A stretch of 64,000 bases of DNA, taken from NCBI RefSeq assembly GCF_018977255.1, contig NW_024704742.1:121460001-121524000 (forward strand), written 5' to 3'. The translations under genes were made by a program, and so were the position numbers. Position 1 is the first letter of the stretch; each line of letters starts with the position of its first letter. This DNA is from Callorhinchus milii. Taxonomy: Eukaryota. The notes under the pieces are model-generated. The model did no database searches, had not been told where the DNA came from, and saw only the letters and a list, made by a program, of their open reading frames with translations. Below, one piece after another: positions 35,371 to 49,659 of this stretch.

Positions 35371-38300
35371 AGTACGAAATCAAATGCAAGGAATATTATT
35401 ATTTATTTCTTCAAATTTCTCAGCAGCCTGGGGTGAGAGACAGTGGAGGAGCCGGGCAATGTTGCGGAGGTGGGGAATGAAAGCAAGTTGTTGTTGTGCT
35501 CAGAGGTAACACTTGAGATCGCAAGCCAGGAATCGGCAAAAAAAAAGCTCCAATCGAGAGGCTTTCTGCCGTGGACAATTTATATCAAAAAAAATCTCAG
35601 CAGCAAATAAATAAAATAAGTAGATATTAAACAAAATACAGGTTCCATTGTAACAGGATACATTGTCAGCCATTATGGAATCTTATCTCACAGTATTCCT
35701 TTGAGGCTAAGATATTAAGGCTTATGCACTTAGAGGATTTCTTTATCCAAGTTTACTCTTTATCCCTTAAGGTTGCCATGGAAGTAGCACTGCTACTGAA
35801 ATCACACACAAATGGGGCGAAAGTCTGCACCTTAAGTGCTGTATCGCAATTAATACGGGCACTAATAAAGTAATGTAAAGGTTCAAGGACATGTTATTAT
35901 AATTTTCTGATACACCTCCTCACATTCCTGAAATCCATGACACTGGGATAGAGACTTTTATATAACCAAGTACAGTAATTGTCATTGAAATGAAAGAGGG
36001 CTTTATCTCACATTTCCACAAACAATTGCATTTCTGTATTTGTGGAGGTCCTTCTAATGAAGGGAAGGGAAATAGTACAAAAGCCAGAGACAATGAAACA
36101 CTTGAATTCTCAGTTTACTTCAGCAATGTAGTTTCATCTGACAAAACAGGGTTTTTCTTCTCGATGGTCACTTGATTCAATTGGGATTATGATCTTTGGT
36201 AGATCAAGAAACCAAACGTGAAATGGATAGCTGCACATGTGGGAATCAATCTGTAGGTCAAACATTTTATTTAAATGAGTAATCCACCTATATAAGGATA
36301 TTTAATTCAGTTGGTAAGGTTTGCAGAGATAATAACAAACAATTTTTTAATCTTCAAATAAAATTTTTAAATCTTTAAATAAATATCCTGACTCGAACCC
36401 CCAGCTCAGGTGCAAACCCTCGACTGTCCAGTGCCTTGAGACGTCCTCCCTATGCAAAAAGAGCTATGTAAAAGCAATTTGTTATTTGTGTTATTATGTT
36501 GTTAAATTGGGATTTTTGAGTTTACGAAATTAATTAGGTTATGGAATTAAGTGTTACATGATTAAGTGAGAAAAATGGACTCAGCTTTGACACTCAGCCA
36601 GTTTCATCCTTGGGGTTTCAAAGGAGTGAATTTAGTCAGCAACAAGTTCAATTAAACTTTTGACAAAGAGTTTGTCAATAAAATATGGCCACAAATGGGT
36701 AAGCATTATAAGTAAAGTGTTATAAGCTTCTCAAAGGATTGATTTATAATTGATTAAAAAAATGAAATATTCCAATTAGTGTATGTGAAGTAGTAGCAGG
36801 ACATTCTGAATTGTCTTCAAACATAAAAAGTGGTTGCTCTCTACAAACAAGTACACAAAAACACACAGTCACTCCAATTTACAGTATATATCATGTGAAG
36901 CGCTTTGGGACACCTCTCACTGTGAAAGGATTATTATTATTAAGAATGGAATCTCACACCTTTGATCACTTTTCACCACACGTTCCCCACCTACTTAGTT
37001 GCTTTTACAAATACTGCATTATGTACGCATTGTCTCTCTATATGTACATATAAATATGAGAGTGACTCAAATCATACTTGTGTAGAGGCTGTTCTTGAGC
37101 AAAAGGCAAAAGTTGTATATCACATAAGTAGAAAGTTAACCTGGTCTAGAAAGTCACAATATTATCAAATATTCTTCATAAACTACTAAATACATGTTTT
37201 CAAATATTGCCAAACAATATTTCAGATTATGTGTGAAATTATTGGTTTGAACTACGGTATATCTTATTCTCCATCAGATGTACAGATGCTGGAAAAAGGC
37301 ACAAATAGTAAAAATAATTTGCACTTTCACAGAAAATGAATTCCACAAAACGTTCAGTCAAGTGTGATGGATAAAATGTGCAAGCAGGCAGAGAGGAATT
37401 TTTGGCCAATTTAGTTTTACAGGAAGTTTAAATGTGAGAAAAGGGCAAAATTGAAATTTAATTGAAAATGAAATTGACTGCAAACCTTTCTCAGTTCCTG
37501 CATTTTCCCAAGAATGTCGATGCTGCCAGTTAGACCTGTTTAAATAATAATAATAATTTTATTTGTGATGCCTTATCACATCATCGGAACATCTCAAAGC
37601 TCTTCACAGAACTTCAGTGTAAAGAGTTGTGACTGTGTATTTTTAGGCAAACATGCATTTGCTTCTGTACTTCTAACAATGACTACCCAGATAACTTTGC
37701 AAATGCAAAATGTTAAATAATAAGGATTCTAATTCTAATTTAGAGGAAAAACTTTATAAATGTCACTCTTGAATGAGGAAGCTGACTGCAAAAAGATCTT
37801 AAAACAGAAAAAATGCAATGGAAATGGTTTGAGAGCTGAAAAAAAGTAACTTGGGAGAAATCTGCTCCAACCTGAGATCATTTTCAGGGAAGTAGAGTTC
37901 TTTCAAGTTGAGATGATGTGCATGGGGTTTCCTGAATTACATACAATTTTTATCCTAAGGCACTTTTTACCATTTGTGCTGTCATTTTCCTTTCTGAGCA
38001 TTTTCACAATAGAATCACGGAATAATCCATTCCACTTTTTGTCCATTATATATCCTTCAGCAGTCTGAAGGTTCCTACATCAAGAAGTTAAAATATGCTT
38101 AGTAAATGGAAGACACGTGCAATACTTCTGAAAAGTCATCTTATTCTCGTGGTAAATGAGGACGCACCCAGTTGAAATTCTGTGACAGTTAATTTAGCCA
38201 CATCTGGGTAAGAGACATCAGTGATCACTGATGTGGGACCCGGTTTCAGTACAATAATTCCCACAGACCTGGAGAAGCCCATGGCAATTAATACCACTGT

Positions 38301-40247
38301 CTGAGCATCACAGTAAACCATGCGTGCTGCAGACTGTCCCTACCCTGCCCTTTTCCAGTTGGGACCGTTGCTCTGGTAAATCATTAACAATGACAAGCCA
38401 GACTAGCATCAGGCTACAGTCAAGCCATATGCTGCTGTTGTGGCCTCACATGAAGTGTATGATGGTTCAGGTACACAGTCTATATTTATATATACATATA
38501 TTGCGCTTTACCCAAAACAATATAGATTTCAATGGAATCATCCTTTATTGTTTTTCAAATTTGATGCTGAGTTATTTTTTAGGACAGTTGGAAGGTTTTG
38601 TAAAATTTCTGTCACAGTGAGAGTTAGGGCTGTTACAACTGGCACAATTGCAAGATTTGCAAAGCAGCTTATCAAGAATGCCAGAAATTGCAAGGCTCGA
38701 AAATAGGCCATCCGAGTTTCAGCATTGGGCATAAGCAGATTTGCAAATTGAATAGTTTCTGATATTCACATCCCAGAAGTCAAAACTGATACATCAAATA
38801 TTGCAAATCAGCCCCAAAATATCCCATCAATTAGACCTCAATGGGGATTCAATCACATCGATTTGATATCTACGAGAGCTTTTCTAAAACAAAATCAATG
38901 GGCTGTGTCATGTTCTTCAAAATAATTCTCAAACTGTTATATTTGCATATCTGAATTTACACTTCTGGTAGTGGGTGCAGATTGCAATAAGAGTGGTGCA
39001 TGGCATTTTGTTTATTTTGAACAAACACAATGATTTGCAGTGCTAACCGTGTTGAAATATTAACACTGTACATGTACATTTACACACTTTGGTGAGTGCT
39101 TGTGAAGGAGGATGAAAAAATTCAAAACATTGAAGCGTAATGTCTCCCACAGGGCGAGAGCTGCATCAAATCAGCAGATGGCCCAAGATAATAATTATTT
39201 ATATACATGTAGCTGAGAGACTGGTGAAGAATATGCTTTTTCTCAAAAATACTAGCTTTGGATATGCTTCACTGTAAAACCTCAAAGTGCCTTATGCTCT
39301 GAAGTAAATCCTCAGTTCACTTAGGGTTGAGATATGAATCCCACTTATTCAATTCTATTTTATAGAGCAGAAGCCAGAGTTACACTACAATAGGAACATG
39401 GTACTGATATTCAAATCACGTTATTTGGTTTGCAGCATATGCATGCATCTTTGGATGTAAACATAAAGTGCAGAATCCCCCTAACAAAACCAGTGTTATT
39501 TGTATACAGTACCACCATCTGTGCAGCTTGATTTATCCTAATCACCATTATTATTCAGCACTGTACAATTGCAGAACAAATTCATTTTCCAAATGTTTGA
39601 ACAGAGTGCGATAATCACATCTTAAAGGGTTTTGGCCAATAAGCAGGGTCTACTGTGTGCTGGTGCTTGCCAGCAGTAAGCATGTAACAATCAGTCCACT
39701 GTCAAACTTTCAGTGTCAACGTACAGGGCTTTTGAATAATAAGACACTAATTAAAATGGTTATTTTGGTATGCATATGTCAGTCTTAACAATAGAGTGTT
39801 CCTTCCTCAAAATGTAGCAGCAACCAACAAATTAACCTGAATGGTTGTTGTAATTGAGGGACAATCCCTGGCTCTTTAATGTTACTCCTCCCAAATACAG
39901 CTTTTTACTAAGAGCTCTTCAGTTATTTGAATACCTGCCAAATTAATAATGAAGCCTATTTCCAATTGCACACAACGAGGAACCCTTAAATTGAAGTCAG
40001 TTGCTTGTTTTCTGTCAGAACACATATGAGACAGCCAGAATAGCAAAGCCCAATTGTGTACATTAAAGTTGCAGTGTCTGCGGTTTCGAGCATTAGTGTC
40101 TGTCAGAATCGGTAAACTTTTCAAATCAGACAGTCGGGTAAAATGTACTACAGTATACTGCACATAAAAGCAGAGTGCATGGAAGATATGGTGGATAATG
40201 CTGGGTAAAGTGAATGCAGAATGTTTGATCACAATTGCAGGCAACAT

Positions 40248-40630
40248 AACAATAATCCTTGCGCCTTATTGTGTGGTCAAGGTGTCTCAAAGCGCTTCCA
40301 AGGATATACTGTAAAGTGGAATGAGTGTATTTTGCGCACAGCAATGTCCCACAAACAGCAATGGAGTAAGTGGCTAATTTTATTTTGGGGAATTTGTCAG
40401 CCAGGATACCAGGAGAAACTCCCTTCTCTTTTTGAATAGTGCCATGAGATCTTTAACATCTGAACAGGCAGACGAGACTTTGATTTAATGTTTCATCCAA
40501 AGGATGGCACTTCGGACAATGCAACACATCCCCAGCACTGCACTGGAGCGTCTGCTTAGATTATGTGATACCCAGTACCGACGTGGGGGTTGAACCCACG
40601 AATTATTGACGCAGAGGCAAGAGTGCTACC
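40248..40630 (-). mobile_element. DeuSINE-like element
   Basis: Colinear with 10-435 in tRNA-like head, body and tail. Confidence 0.65.
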
Positions 40631-41659
40631 ACAGGGCTATAGTCAACATCTAACATTTCACATTAATACAGTCTAGTTGAACCAAAATAAAAAAGGTCTA
40701 TTTTTTTCTCCAAAAGAAAATCTATATACTGGAGATATTAAGTGCATTGTTTCCAACAAAATATACAGTCATTTTACTTTACAATATATTCTGCAAAGTG
40801 CTTTGAGACATCTCGAAGACGTGATAAGGCACTATATCGAATGCAAGAATTATTATTATTAAAAGGGTGGTTGGTACATCCTTACAAGAATATGATCACA
40901 ATGGAGAACCATGAATTATACTCCATTATTCACATCTTTCTGGTGAGACAACATGGTATAAATCAGTTTAGTGGGATCTGAATACGATTCATGCTAGCAC
41001 CTGGATGAAAAGAGCACCTTAAGAAATAGGTGCTTTGAGATGTAAAAGATGCTAAAGTGCAAGTTGTTGTGGTTTTCAGAGGGTAGTTTTGTGTCATTAA
41101 TGTATAATATTAATGTTTAATTATGTCCATGCATCCATCCAGTACTGTGAATGAGCTTTGGGACATCCTCCCAACATAGAAGACACTATAACAATGTTAA
41201 TTATATTATATTGTATAATTGTATTGTATTGTCAAAAAGCAGCATTTTCTCTCTTCATCTCCTGGCCAATATGATTTTAGAGCAGGAGATATAAGGGCTT
41301 TTTGCTCCTAACTGCTTTACTGCTGGAAGTGATAAATTGTACCAACATTATAAGATGGGCATGAACACTTAAACGGGAAATTAAATAAAGTCAAGCCATT
41401 AATTGGGTAAACTGCATAAGATAATTTAACGATTAACTGAGATAAAATGTAGATGGTGTGGGTAGCATCTTGACAAACAAGAGATATTTATTGCTGAAAC
41501 TCAATATTGAAAATGTGAATTTTGCAAACTGGAAGTTGCGCGAATTCTCACTTTTGTTTTGTGACTAGAATTGCAGGATTCTCAAGTAACAATGTTAAAA
41601 TAATTTCAATGCTAAGGGCTCTTCTGCTTTCTAAACTTCTGTTTGACTTTTCTGAGAAA

Positions 41660-41870
41660 CACAACAACAAATTACATTTGTATCGTGCCTTTCACATTGG
41701 GAGGACATCTCAAGGCCCGAGACAGTCAAGAATTTGCACCTGAGCTGGAGGTTGGGGTAGAGGGCAGGGAGGGTAGGGGTAGGAGGGTCACTGAACGTCC
41801 AGTCGAAGAGGAGGGTCTTGAGACGGGCCTTGAAGGAAGTAAGGGAGGGGGCGAGGCAAAGGGAACACCC
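41660..41870 (-). mobile_element. L2 3' fragment
   Basis: (CAA)n tail and SFKARLKTLLFD motif. Confidence 0.85.
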
Positions 41871-42129
41871 TAAGAAGTCTGACAAAAGATTGGAACCAAA
41901 CTTCCAATTATAAAACAGTCTTTGCTGGTCTTTGGGATTCTGATGTTTAGTGCAGGGCAGACAACAGTTTTTGGCCAAGTGCCGAAAAGTCCCTAATTTA
42001 TTAACATTCTCAGGTACTGGATGAATTTGTTTGCATCATATTTTATTGCTTTAAGTTCTTTTCAAAAAATGCACTTTCCAATCACAGGCTGGCTCCATCC
42101 AATCAAAATAAAAAACAAGAACAGAACAT

Positions 42130-42235
42130 TGACTCACTTTGCTTTCTCCATAGATGCCTCCTTGACCTGCTGAGTGTTCCCTGCGACTTCTGTTTTTGTT
42201 TCAGATTTCCAGAATCTGCAGGATTTTGCATTCAA
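42130..42235 (+). repeat. Short dispersed repeat common in cartilaginous fish (Penelope-associated type)
   Basis: CTCCATAGATGCC...GACCTGCTGAGT...TTCTGTTTTTGTTTCAGATTTCCAG...CTGCAG, recognised from recall only. Confidence 0.4.
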
Positions 42236-43069
42236 TCAAAATACAATATCGTTGCAGATGAATGCGGGAAGTAGAGCTATGCGATTGGATCTCAGAGATG
42301 GGTGGTCAGAATCCAAAGCTCTGAGGCCCAAATTCATAGCCCTGCCTCTACAGAACTGTGTACGTTTACAAGTGGTTGTGTGTGTCCAGATTTATCAATT
42401 CTCGTTTTAGTGAATTTGATGTCAAATTACAAAATTTCAATCATGATTACTGCAGATACATCCAGTCTGTGAATGCTATGTTTTCAACTTCAACTCATCT
42501 ATTTGGCTCACATGTGCAAGAAACTCTATGGACTTCTACTACGATCAATAAACAAATATCTACAGACAAGTGTCATAAATGGTATTTTTTTTTAAGACGA
42601 ATGTACTTGTAAAAAGAAGTTATAAAGCGTGCCTGAGAGAGTATTTTTGAGTTACATATTATGCAAGCCAATTCACCATTTCATTCAAATTGGTGACTAG
42701 CTGTGTTGGGCGATATAAACTAAAGGGTTATTACTATTCTTCTTCATTGTTGTGGGTGGAATCACTCTCTTTATTGTAATATGTAAAGTTGACACAAATG
42801 GGTTAAGTCATAATGCATACAAGATTGCACTTCACTCACATGCATACATTCTTACACGCTCAGTTAAGTCACAGGAACACAACAATGTACAGGACCAGAA
42901 AAAGAATATCGAGGTCCATGTAACTGGACCCGAAGGAAAATAAAAATCACATACGTTGTCTAGATCATACCCCTCAATGATTTTTTTTTGATTTTGTTGA
43001 CCCAAACTGCCCCTCCTGCCTCTAAACTGTCCATTCAACTTTCCCACCTACACGTGGAGATTTATATTA

Positions 43070-43815
43070 AATTTACATTTATATAGATTTTTCAAGTCAG
43101 GTGGCTATTTCAAAGTGCTTTACACAGTTGGCTGGATACCTGAGGTGGAGGGGGGGGAAGAAACGATGACCAAAACCATGGTCAAAGAGGTAAGTCTTGA
43201 GGCAAGCTTTAACTGTGGGGAGAACAGGAATGCCTTGATCTTGTCTAAGTTTAACTGAACAAAATTACAGCTCATCCCAGACTTGATGTCTGACAGGCAG
43301 TCAGAACAACAACAACAACAACAAGATTCCATTTATTGAGAGCCTTTCACGTCGGGAGGACATCCCAAGGCGCTGTACAGTTGGGTCAGGACCCGATCAA
43401 GGGGGAAATGGGGAGGGGAGGGGAGGGAAGGGAGGGAGCGAGGAGGGGGTAGAGAGTCGAGAGAGGAGCTGAAGGCACGGTCAAAGAGAAAGGTCTTGAG
43501 ACCAACCTTGAAGGAGGAAAGGGAGGAGGCGGCGAAGGCACTGGGGGATGGAGTTCCAGAGCCTGGGGGCTGAGAGGCTGAAGGCCCGGCCACCGATGGT
43601 AGGGCGGTTGGGGTGGGGGATGTGGAGCAGACCGGAGCCAGAGGAACGGAGGGTACGGGCAGGTAAGTAAGGGGATAGTAGGTCGGAGAGGTAGGAGGGA
43701 GCAAGGCCGTGAATGGCCTTGTAGGTGAGGGTGAGGATCTTGAATTCGATCTTGAATTCAGAACAGTAGTGTTCCTGGAGTGGAGGGTAGAGACAGAGAT
43801 AGACTTAGGTGTCAT
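43070..43815 (-). mobile_element. Young L2 fragment (43309-43757) nested in an older L2 fragment
   Basis: TCAGAACA is duplicated at 43301-43308 and 43758-43765, and the older element reads through across the insert. Confidence 0.88.
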
Positions 43816-44289
43816 ACAACAGAGAGAAGTGCTAGAGAAGGATGGAGTGGTTGACAGTGTTCAAAAGTGGCGGGGAGATTGAAGAAGCATAGAGAAACAC
43901 TGGCCACAGATGGAGAGAATTTGTTTGCAAACTTTGGGCAGGGCAGTCTCAGTCCTGTGGATAGGGCGGGATCTGGAGTACAGGGGTCCATGCAGGGAGT
44001 GCCTGGAAAGGAAAAATAAAGCAACAAACAAAACATGTATGGAATGTAAACCAGTTCCACCGAGTAATATACAGGATACAAGCTGTACTTGGGGCAGGAA
44101 ATCATCAAGATGTGTAGGATAATTCTGTCCCCTGCAATTTCCCCTCCACTATTCAAAGCAGAAATGCTGTTAAAATGGCACTTGATTAGTCTCTGAACAA
44201 ACAAGCACTAACTACACTAGAGCCCAGTTATAAAACAGTAGTTGGGGTCCATGAAATTATTATTAATATTATGAATTGGGGTCCCAACC

Positions 44290-44690
44290 TGCTGGGCAGC
44301 GCTTCCGCATTAGTTGTGCAATCCTTCCTTTGGGGCCCTGTTGACGTTTAACTAGTTTAACACTGCCTAGCTTGCCACTGCAAAACATGTCTGACAAGCT
44401 TCCTGCTGCTTATCAAGCTAGGATCACCCTACCTATTAGAGTTTGGGTTTGAGCTTAACAAGAGCCAAATGGGAAGAATTCCTGCCCCCAGTGACCAGGC
44501 TGGAACCCCAAGTCCTGCCAACCAGTCAGGCGGCTGGTCCATGATCATCAGTGCCTTGGAGTACTGACTGGTTACCAATCAGTCTACTGAGACCACGTAG
44601 GTATGACTCCATTCTGATATTCCATTGCCAAACACATCACCTTGGAACTAACTGAGCCCCAAAGAAATCCTGCTTACCTTCCCCCACGGA
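44290..44690 (-). repeat. Unidentified dispersed element, copy 1
   Basis: Reverse complement is colinear with 59770-60170, with exact 24-nt and 16-nt blocks. Confidence 0.8.
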
Positions 44691-46789
44691 GGATAATAAT
44701 TTAAATGGAGGACGCACAAGCTCTGTGGAAAAGCCCTGCAAACACGATCTAAACGTTTTTTTAAAAAAATCCATTTACAATACATCGCATTTGATTCAGA
44801 GCTCACAATGAATGCTCTTTCGGTTCCAGACATTAATACCAGTAACTGGAGAAAACCACTGGTCTGGAGCAAAATGTATAATACAATGTTATACTGTACG
44901 TAGAAGCTTTCTGCACATAGTAGGCACAGTGAGCATGCACTGGCAGTAGACTGGTTACATTGGCATGATCACATATCTCTGGTCAAGTTGAGTTCATGTT
45001 ATCCACTGCTATTGTTAAATACAATCTAGTTACTCAAAGGAGGACGGGGGCAGATATGTTTTCCATTGGTATTAGCGGCAGTGGCTTGTGTACCGACTGA
45101 TTGAGGTTAATCTTAAGAACTGATCAAATAGATTTCTTTGCCAACAGTGATTAGTACTGTAAATTCTCTGTATAATTAAGAACCTTAGGAGATGTAGTTT
45201 TGTAGTAAGTACAGGCTAGTCTTGGGAGTTATCTGAGTTCATTTCTTGACAGAGAAAGAACAATAAGTACGAGGTACTCCATGCAAGTAGAAAAAAATGT
45301 TTATTCATTCTTAAAAAGGCTTCATGTACTTTATAGCTTAGTTTTAGAAACTGCTTCTTGCATATCAACTGAGACAGGTATTGATTGACAAGTGGATGTT
45401 ATCTCACCTCAGATATTAAAAAGAAATGCAATTATATTAACCAAGTGGATTATCCAAGAGATTTGAATGGGATTTTTGGAAATCCTTGTTTTATAATTTA
45501 CACTGAGCAAAACACCCAGCATAAACATTTTTGGTTCTTCACGATACAGTGTGATTTGTTCAGGGCCGGCTGCAATATGGAAGCTGATGTATTGAATATG
45601 GTTAAACATCACAAACTATTTAAAGCATAATTTTCATATATCTTTTGCTTGTGGAATATTTAGTTCAAAAAATGAACATCGACACTAAATAACATGCTTT
45701 AGATCAAAGGACATTCACCAAGCAGCTGATAAGACTGCCCTCTATTGGCCAATCACACTCCTCTTTTTATCTGACTTCAAATCGTATTGAAAATTCACAA
45801 TGACCAAATTTAGAAAGCAGAAGGAAAATTGGATTTTTATAGCACGAAAGATCACCAAGCATTTTAAAGTAATTATTGTCAAGTATAGTTTCTGTTTATT
45901 TTGAGGCAAATAATTATATGTAGGGAATTTTTTGTCTCAAATTAAAAATTCCACAATCAAACTCTATTCTTTTTTAAAAAACAAACGTGTAATCAGTAAA
46001 AATACATGAATTTTCCAGGGTTCAAAATAACTAATGCAGTTTAATGGATCATCAGCAATATTTTCTATGACTTGTTACAACCAAAATCTTGATTTATTTT
46101 TTTAAAATTAACACTATGTAGTCAGTGCACATTGGGACTGTGTGAGAGAACATTGAACTCTGCGCATACCTGTTCATCTGCTGGTAGCAATGCGAGTTTA
46201 AGAGTCGAATATTGGTATCTGCTTCCTGCAATTGACTTATTTTGATAACTTGCTATGGTTTGGACCAGAGCTGCTTACATTGCGTTTAGGTGGGTGGAAC
46301 TTTCCACAGGCCTGGGAGCTGAACCATATCTAGTGGACGGGCTGGGTATTGTTATACACTCACTGGACCTGAACCTAACCAAGATCAAACAGCAACACAT
46401 CACTTCTCAAAGAATCCAAAGGGGCCAACCTGGTATTCCTTTGACGACGTTCCCTAGGTACAAGCGCTCTGGGACGCTACCCCATGTGAACGGCACTATG
46501 TAGATGCAAGTTGTTATACATCACTTGAGTGACTTAACATAGTTAATATGCAGCTACCCTCCTCTTCGATCGAGCTACCCTCTTACCCTCCACCCTCCCC
46601 AATCCTGGCCGCCAGCTTGAGTCCAAATCCCTGACTATCCAGCACCTTGGAACGTCCTCCCGACACATGTAATTTTGTATTGTAATTTGAGGGCAGATAC
46701 CAATATACAGAGAGAATTCCACATTATTAGGAAGGTGGTGAGGACAGAACAGTGGACATATTTAAGAACATTTAATATGTCCTTCAGAT

Positions 46790-47070
46790 GAGACATTAAA
46801 TCAAGTTCCTTTCTGCCCATTCAGGTGGACGTTAAGGATCCCATGGAACTATTCGAAAAGAGAAGGGAGTTTCTCCCAGTGTCCTGGCCAACAAATCCCT
46901 GAATAACATTAGCCACTCACTCCACGACTGTTTGCGGGACACTGAGGTAGCAAACTGGCATCTTGAACAGTTAATCCGGTTTACAGTATATCCTGTGAAG
47001 TGCATTGAGATGTCCTTCCAATGCAATAAAGCGCTATATTAAATGAATGCAGGATTAGTATTATTTTTAT
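46790..47070 (+). mobile_element. DeuSINE-like element, 5'-truncated
   Basis: CAGGTGGACGTTAAGGATCCCATGG...CCCAGTGTCCTGGCCAAC, then the shared SINE tail. Similar to 51180-51400. Confidence 0.7.
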
Positions 47071-47144
47071 TATAAACATATCAAAGCAACTTCTTCCTCG
47101 TTTTTAAAACAAACTATTGACAAATAAACAGTAAGGCACATAAT

Positions 47145-47310
47145 AACAATAATCCTTGCATTTGATATAAGCCTTATCACGTTGCTGAGACATCTCAAAG
47201 CGCTTCACAGAGTATACTGTAAAGTGGATTGACTGTATATTTTGGGAGCAAAACGTGGCAGCCAATTGTGCACAGCAGTGTCCCACAATAGTCATGGATT
47301 GAGTTAACAT
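47145..47310 (-). mobile_element. SINE 3' half
   Basis: AATCCTTGCATTTGATAT...CAGCAGTGTCCCAC. Confidence 0.85.
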
Positions 47311-49008
47311 TTTTTTAAAGAGATTATTACCCCCGGAAAACCATCCGCCAATCTACTAGCAACCAACCCTACTTACTGCAAGTAATTTATTTACGTGGAT
47401 TTATTTTAGGTGAACTTCAAACCTAGAACAATTGAACTTACAATACATTTTTATAATGCTTTTCACATCAAGAGGCTGTCTCATAGCATTACTGTGAGAA
47501 ATGTAAAAAAATGCAGAAAAATAAACAAAATAAAATATGGAAAAACAGAAAATGGGGCAAATATTACTGGCAGAGAAAAAAATACAGAAATAAGCAAAAG
47601 GAACAAAGATGAAGAAAGGTTGGTCAGGAAAACTGCAGAAGAAACCAAAACACCCTCGGTGAAACAAAAAGATTGGATCAAGATAGTTCAACAAAAAGAT
47701 GGAATAAGGTAAATGCATTGAATCTAATAATAAACAATAACAATCCTTGCATTTGATATAGCGCCTTATCACATTGTTGTGGCATCTCAAAATGTTTCAA
47801 GCAGATTTTGTGGGCGAAATTTAAAGTCAAATAGGAAATTAAAAGAACTTTTCTTACCTTAGTCACAACAAGATCACAAAAGAGGTTAAAGAAAGCCCTT
47901 CGTCCCATTTGATCTCATCTTTTCAGAATAGAATTAACATTTCTGCAAGTGTTGCTCTGGGTTTACGTGGCAAACTCCTGCACAAGCAGCAGATATTTTT
48001 GTAAAGCTTCTTGAAGTGAAATGCTCATTGCAAGAAAGCAGCTAGACAGTTAGCAAATTGCTTTTGGATGACAAGATTTTTTTAATAGGCAGTTAGTGCC
48101 ACACGTAAATGAGGTAGGTATATTAGTAACTTCTTGTTCCTCTAACAGGTTGCTGTGAATTCAGCAATTATTTCAGTAAACCATCATTTTCCAGACTTGT
48201 AGCCAGTCCTCAAAGCTTGAAACGTTGTTGGACTCACTTGGTTTTGAAGCTGAATTCAGATACTACGCTCCTAATCTTGAACTCCCTGCCTCAATTCCTC
48301 CACCTCACCCCCTTATCTATCTTTAAATCCCACCAGAAAACCTCTCTCTTTGAATGCGTTTAGGGTCACCGTCCCTTTGCCATTGCTCAGCATCTGACCA
48401 AGATGTTCCAAGATATTATCCTACTTAAGGATGATAACATTTGTTGTTTGTTTCTTAACTTTATTACTTGAGCACAGAAAACTTGCCAAGCATTGAACTC
48501 AATTCCTTTGGCCACTATTGAGCCTGTACCAACCAATTTTTGATTTAAACACTTAATACAGTACAGAGAAAGTTTCCTTTGCTTGGAACAGGTTGATAGG
48601 CTAAATGGCCTCCAGGTTCTGTTTTCCTAAAATGGGTTCAAATTTAGGGTAAATTATCCTTCCCATCGATATATATATACATGTATATACACATGGGCTG
48701 AAAATGATGCAATTACTATCTCCTGAGGTACGTCATACTGAACCAAATGCATTGTGCAATCTAGTTTCTACCGTTCAATGTAACACAAATCTGGCTCCTG
48801 GCAAGATCTGATATTTGCGACTCAAGAGTTTTCTATTTGTGAATCCTGTCTTTGGAACTTCATAGTTTACTTCAAGCACTAAATACAGGGAATTACAGTA
48901 CTTAAACAGGAAGGAATTCACAATAACACACTTAAATACATGCTATTTATGCTTTTTGGATACATGATTTATTATTTATAGACATTGTTATTTGGAAGGT
49001 TAACATAC

Positions 49009-49049
49009 CTCCATAGTGGGTGGTTCCTTTCTCCGTCCTCGGACCCAAG
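49009..49049 (-). CDS. NDUFAF2: NDUFAF2 coding exon 3 (41 nt)
   Basis: Minus strand reads ccttttatcag|CTTGGGTCCGAGGACGGAGAAAGGAACCACCCACTATGGAG|gtatgt. Translates (A)WVRGRRKEPPTME. Phase 1-0, joining exons 2 and 4 in frame. Confidence 0.93.
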
Positions 49050-49659
49050 CTGATAAAAGGATAAGAAAGTCATAATTACTAAATGTCATCATACGTCTCA
49101 ATTATTTGCTATTTGTCTTAGAACAAGAATGAAAGCTAGTGCACGAAATCTTCAGAAATTCTTGTTCGAACAATACTGTATTTTACCTGTAACATTTGGT
49201 ACCCATAGTGAGTATAAACCAACTAAGACACAACAGTGCCTCAGTTAAAACTGATGAATCATACACTTAAATATGACCATGATAATCGTGGGTTCACATC
49301 ACACCGGAATTAAACCTTAGGATATAGCAGAGGAATGCATCAACTGAAAAACAAACTCTACCTGTGTTACATACCTGTTGTTTACTAATTGATGGTGGAG
49401 TGTTGGCAACCTAATGTGAAGTGGTGCTCACAATCTCCAGATGGAGAAAGACAATAGCAATGCTATTGTGAAAAATCTGCCCAAGGATGATGTGGGGGTG
49501 TGTGGGTGAATGTTTCACTAAATAATCAAATCAGTTTATTTTTCTGTTAAATATGTATTGTGTATTTCACTGTATTTCAACTCTAGTCTATATAAATCCA
49601 AGTTGCTGTTGTTGTTGTTGTCATGTTAAGAAACAAAGCAAAAAAACAAGAGAACAGGT

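Noticed and set aside
47401..47790. Lys/Glu-rich and Phe-rich ORFs on opposite strands
   Set aside because: A-rich low-complexity tract plus a SINE fragment.
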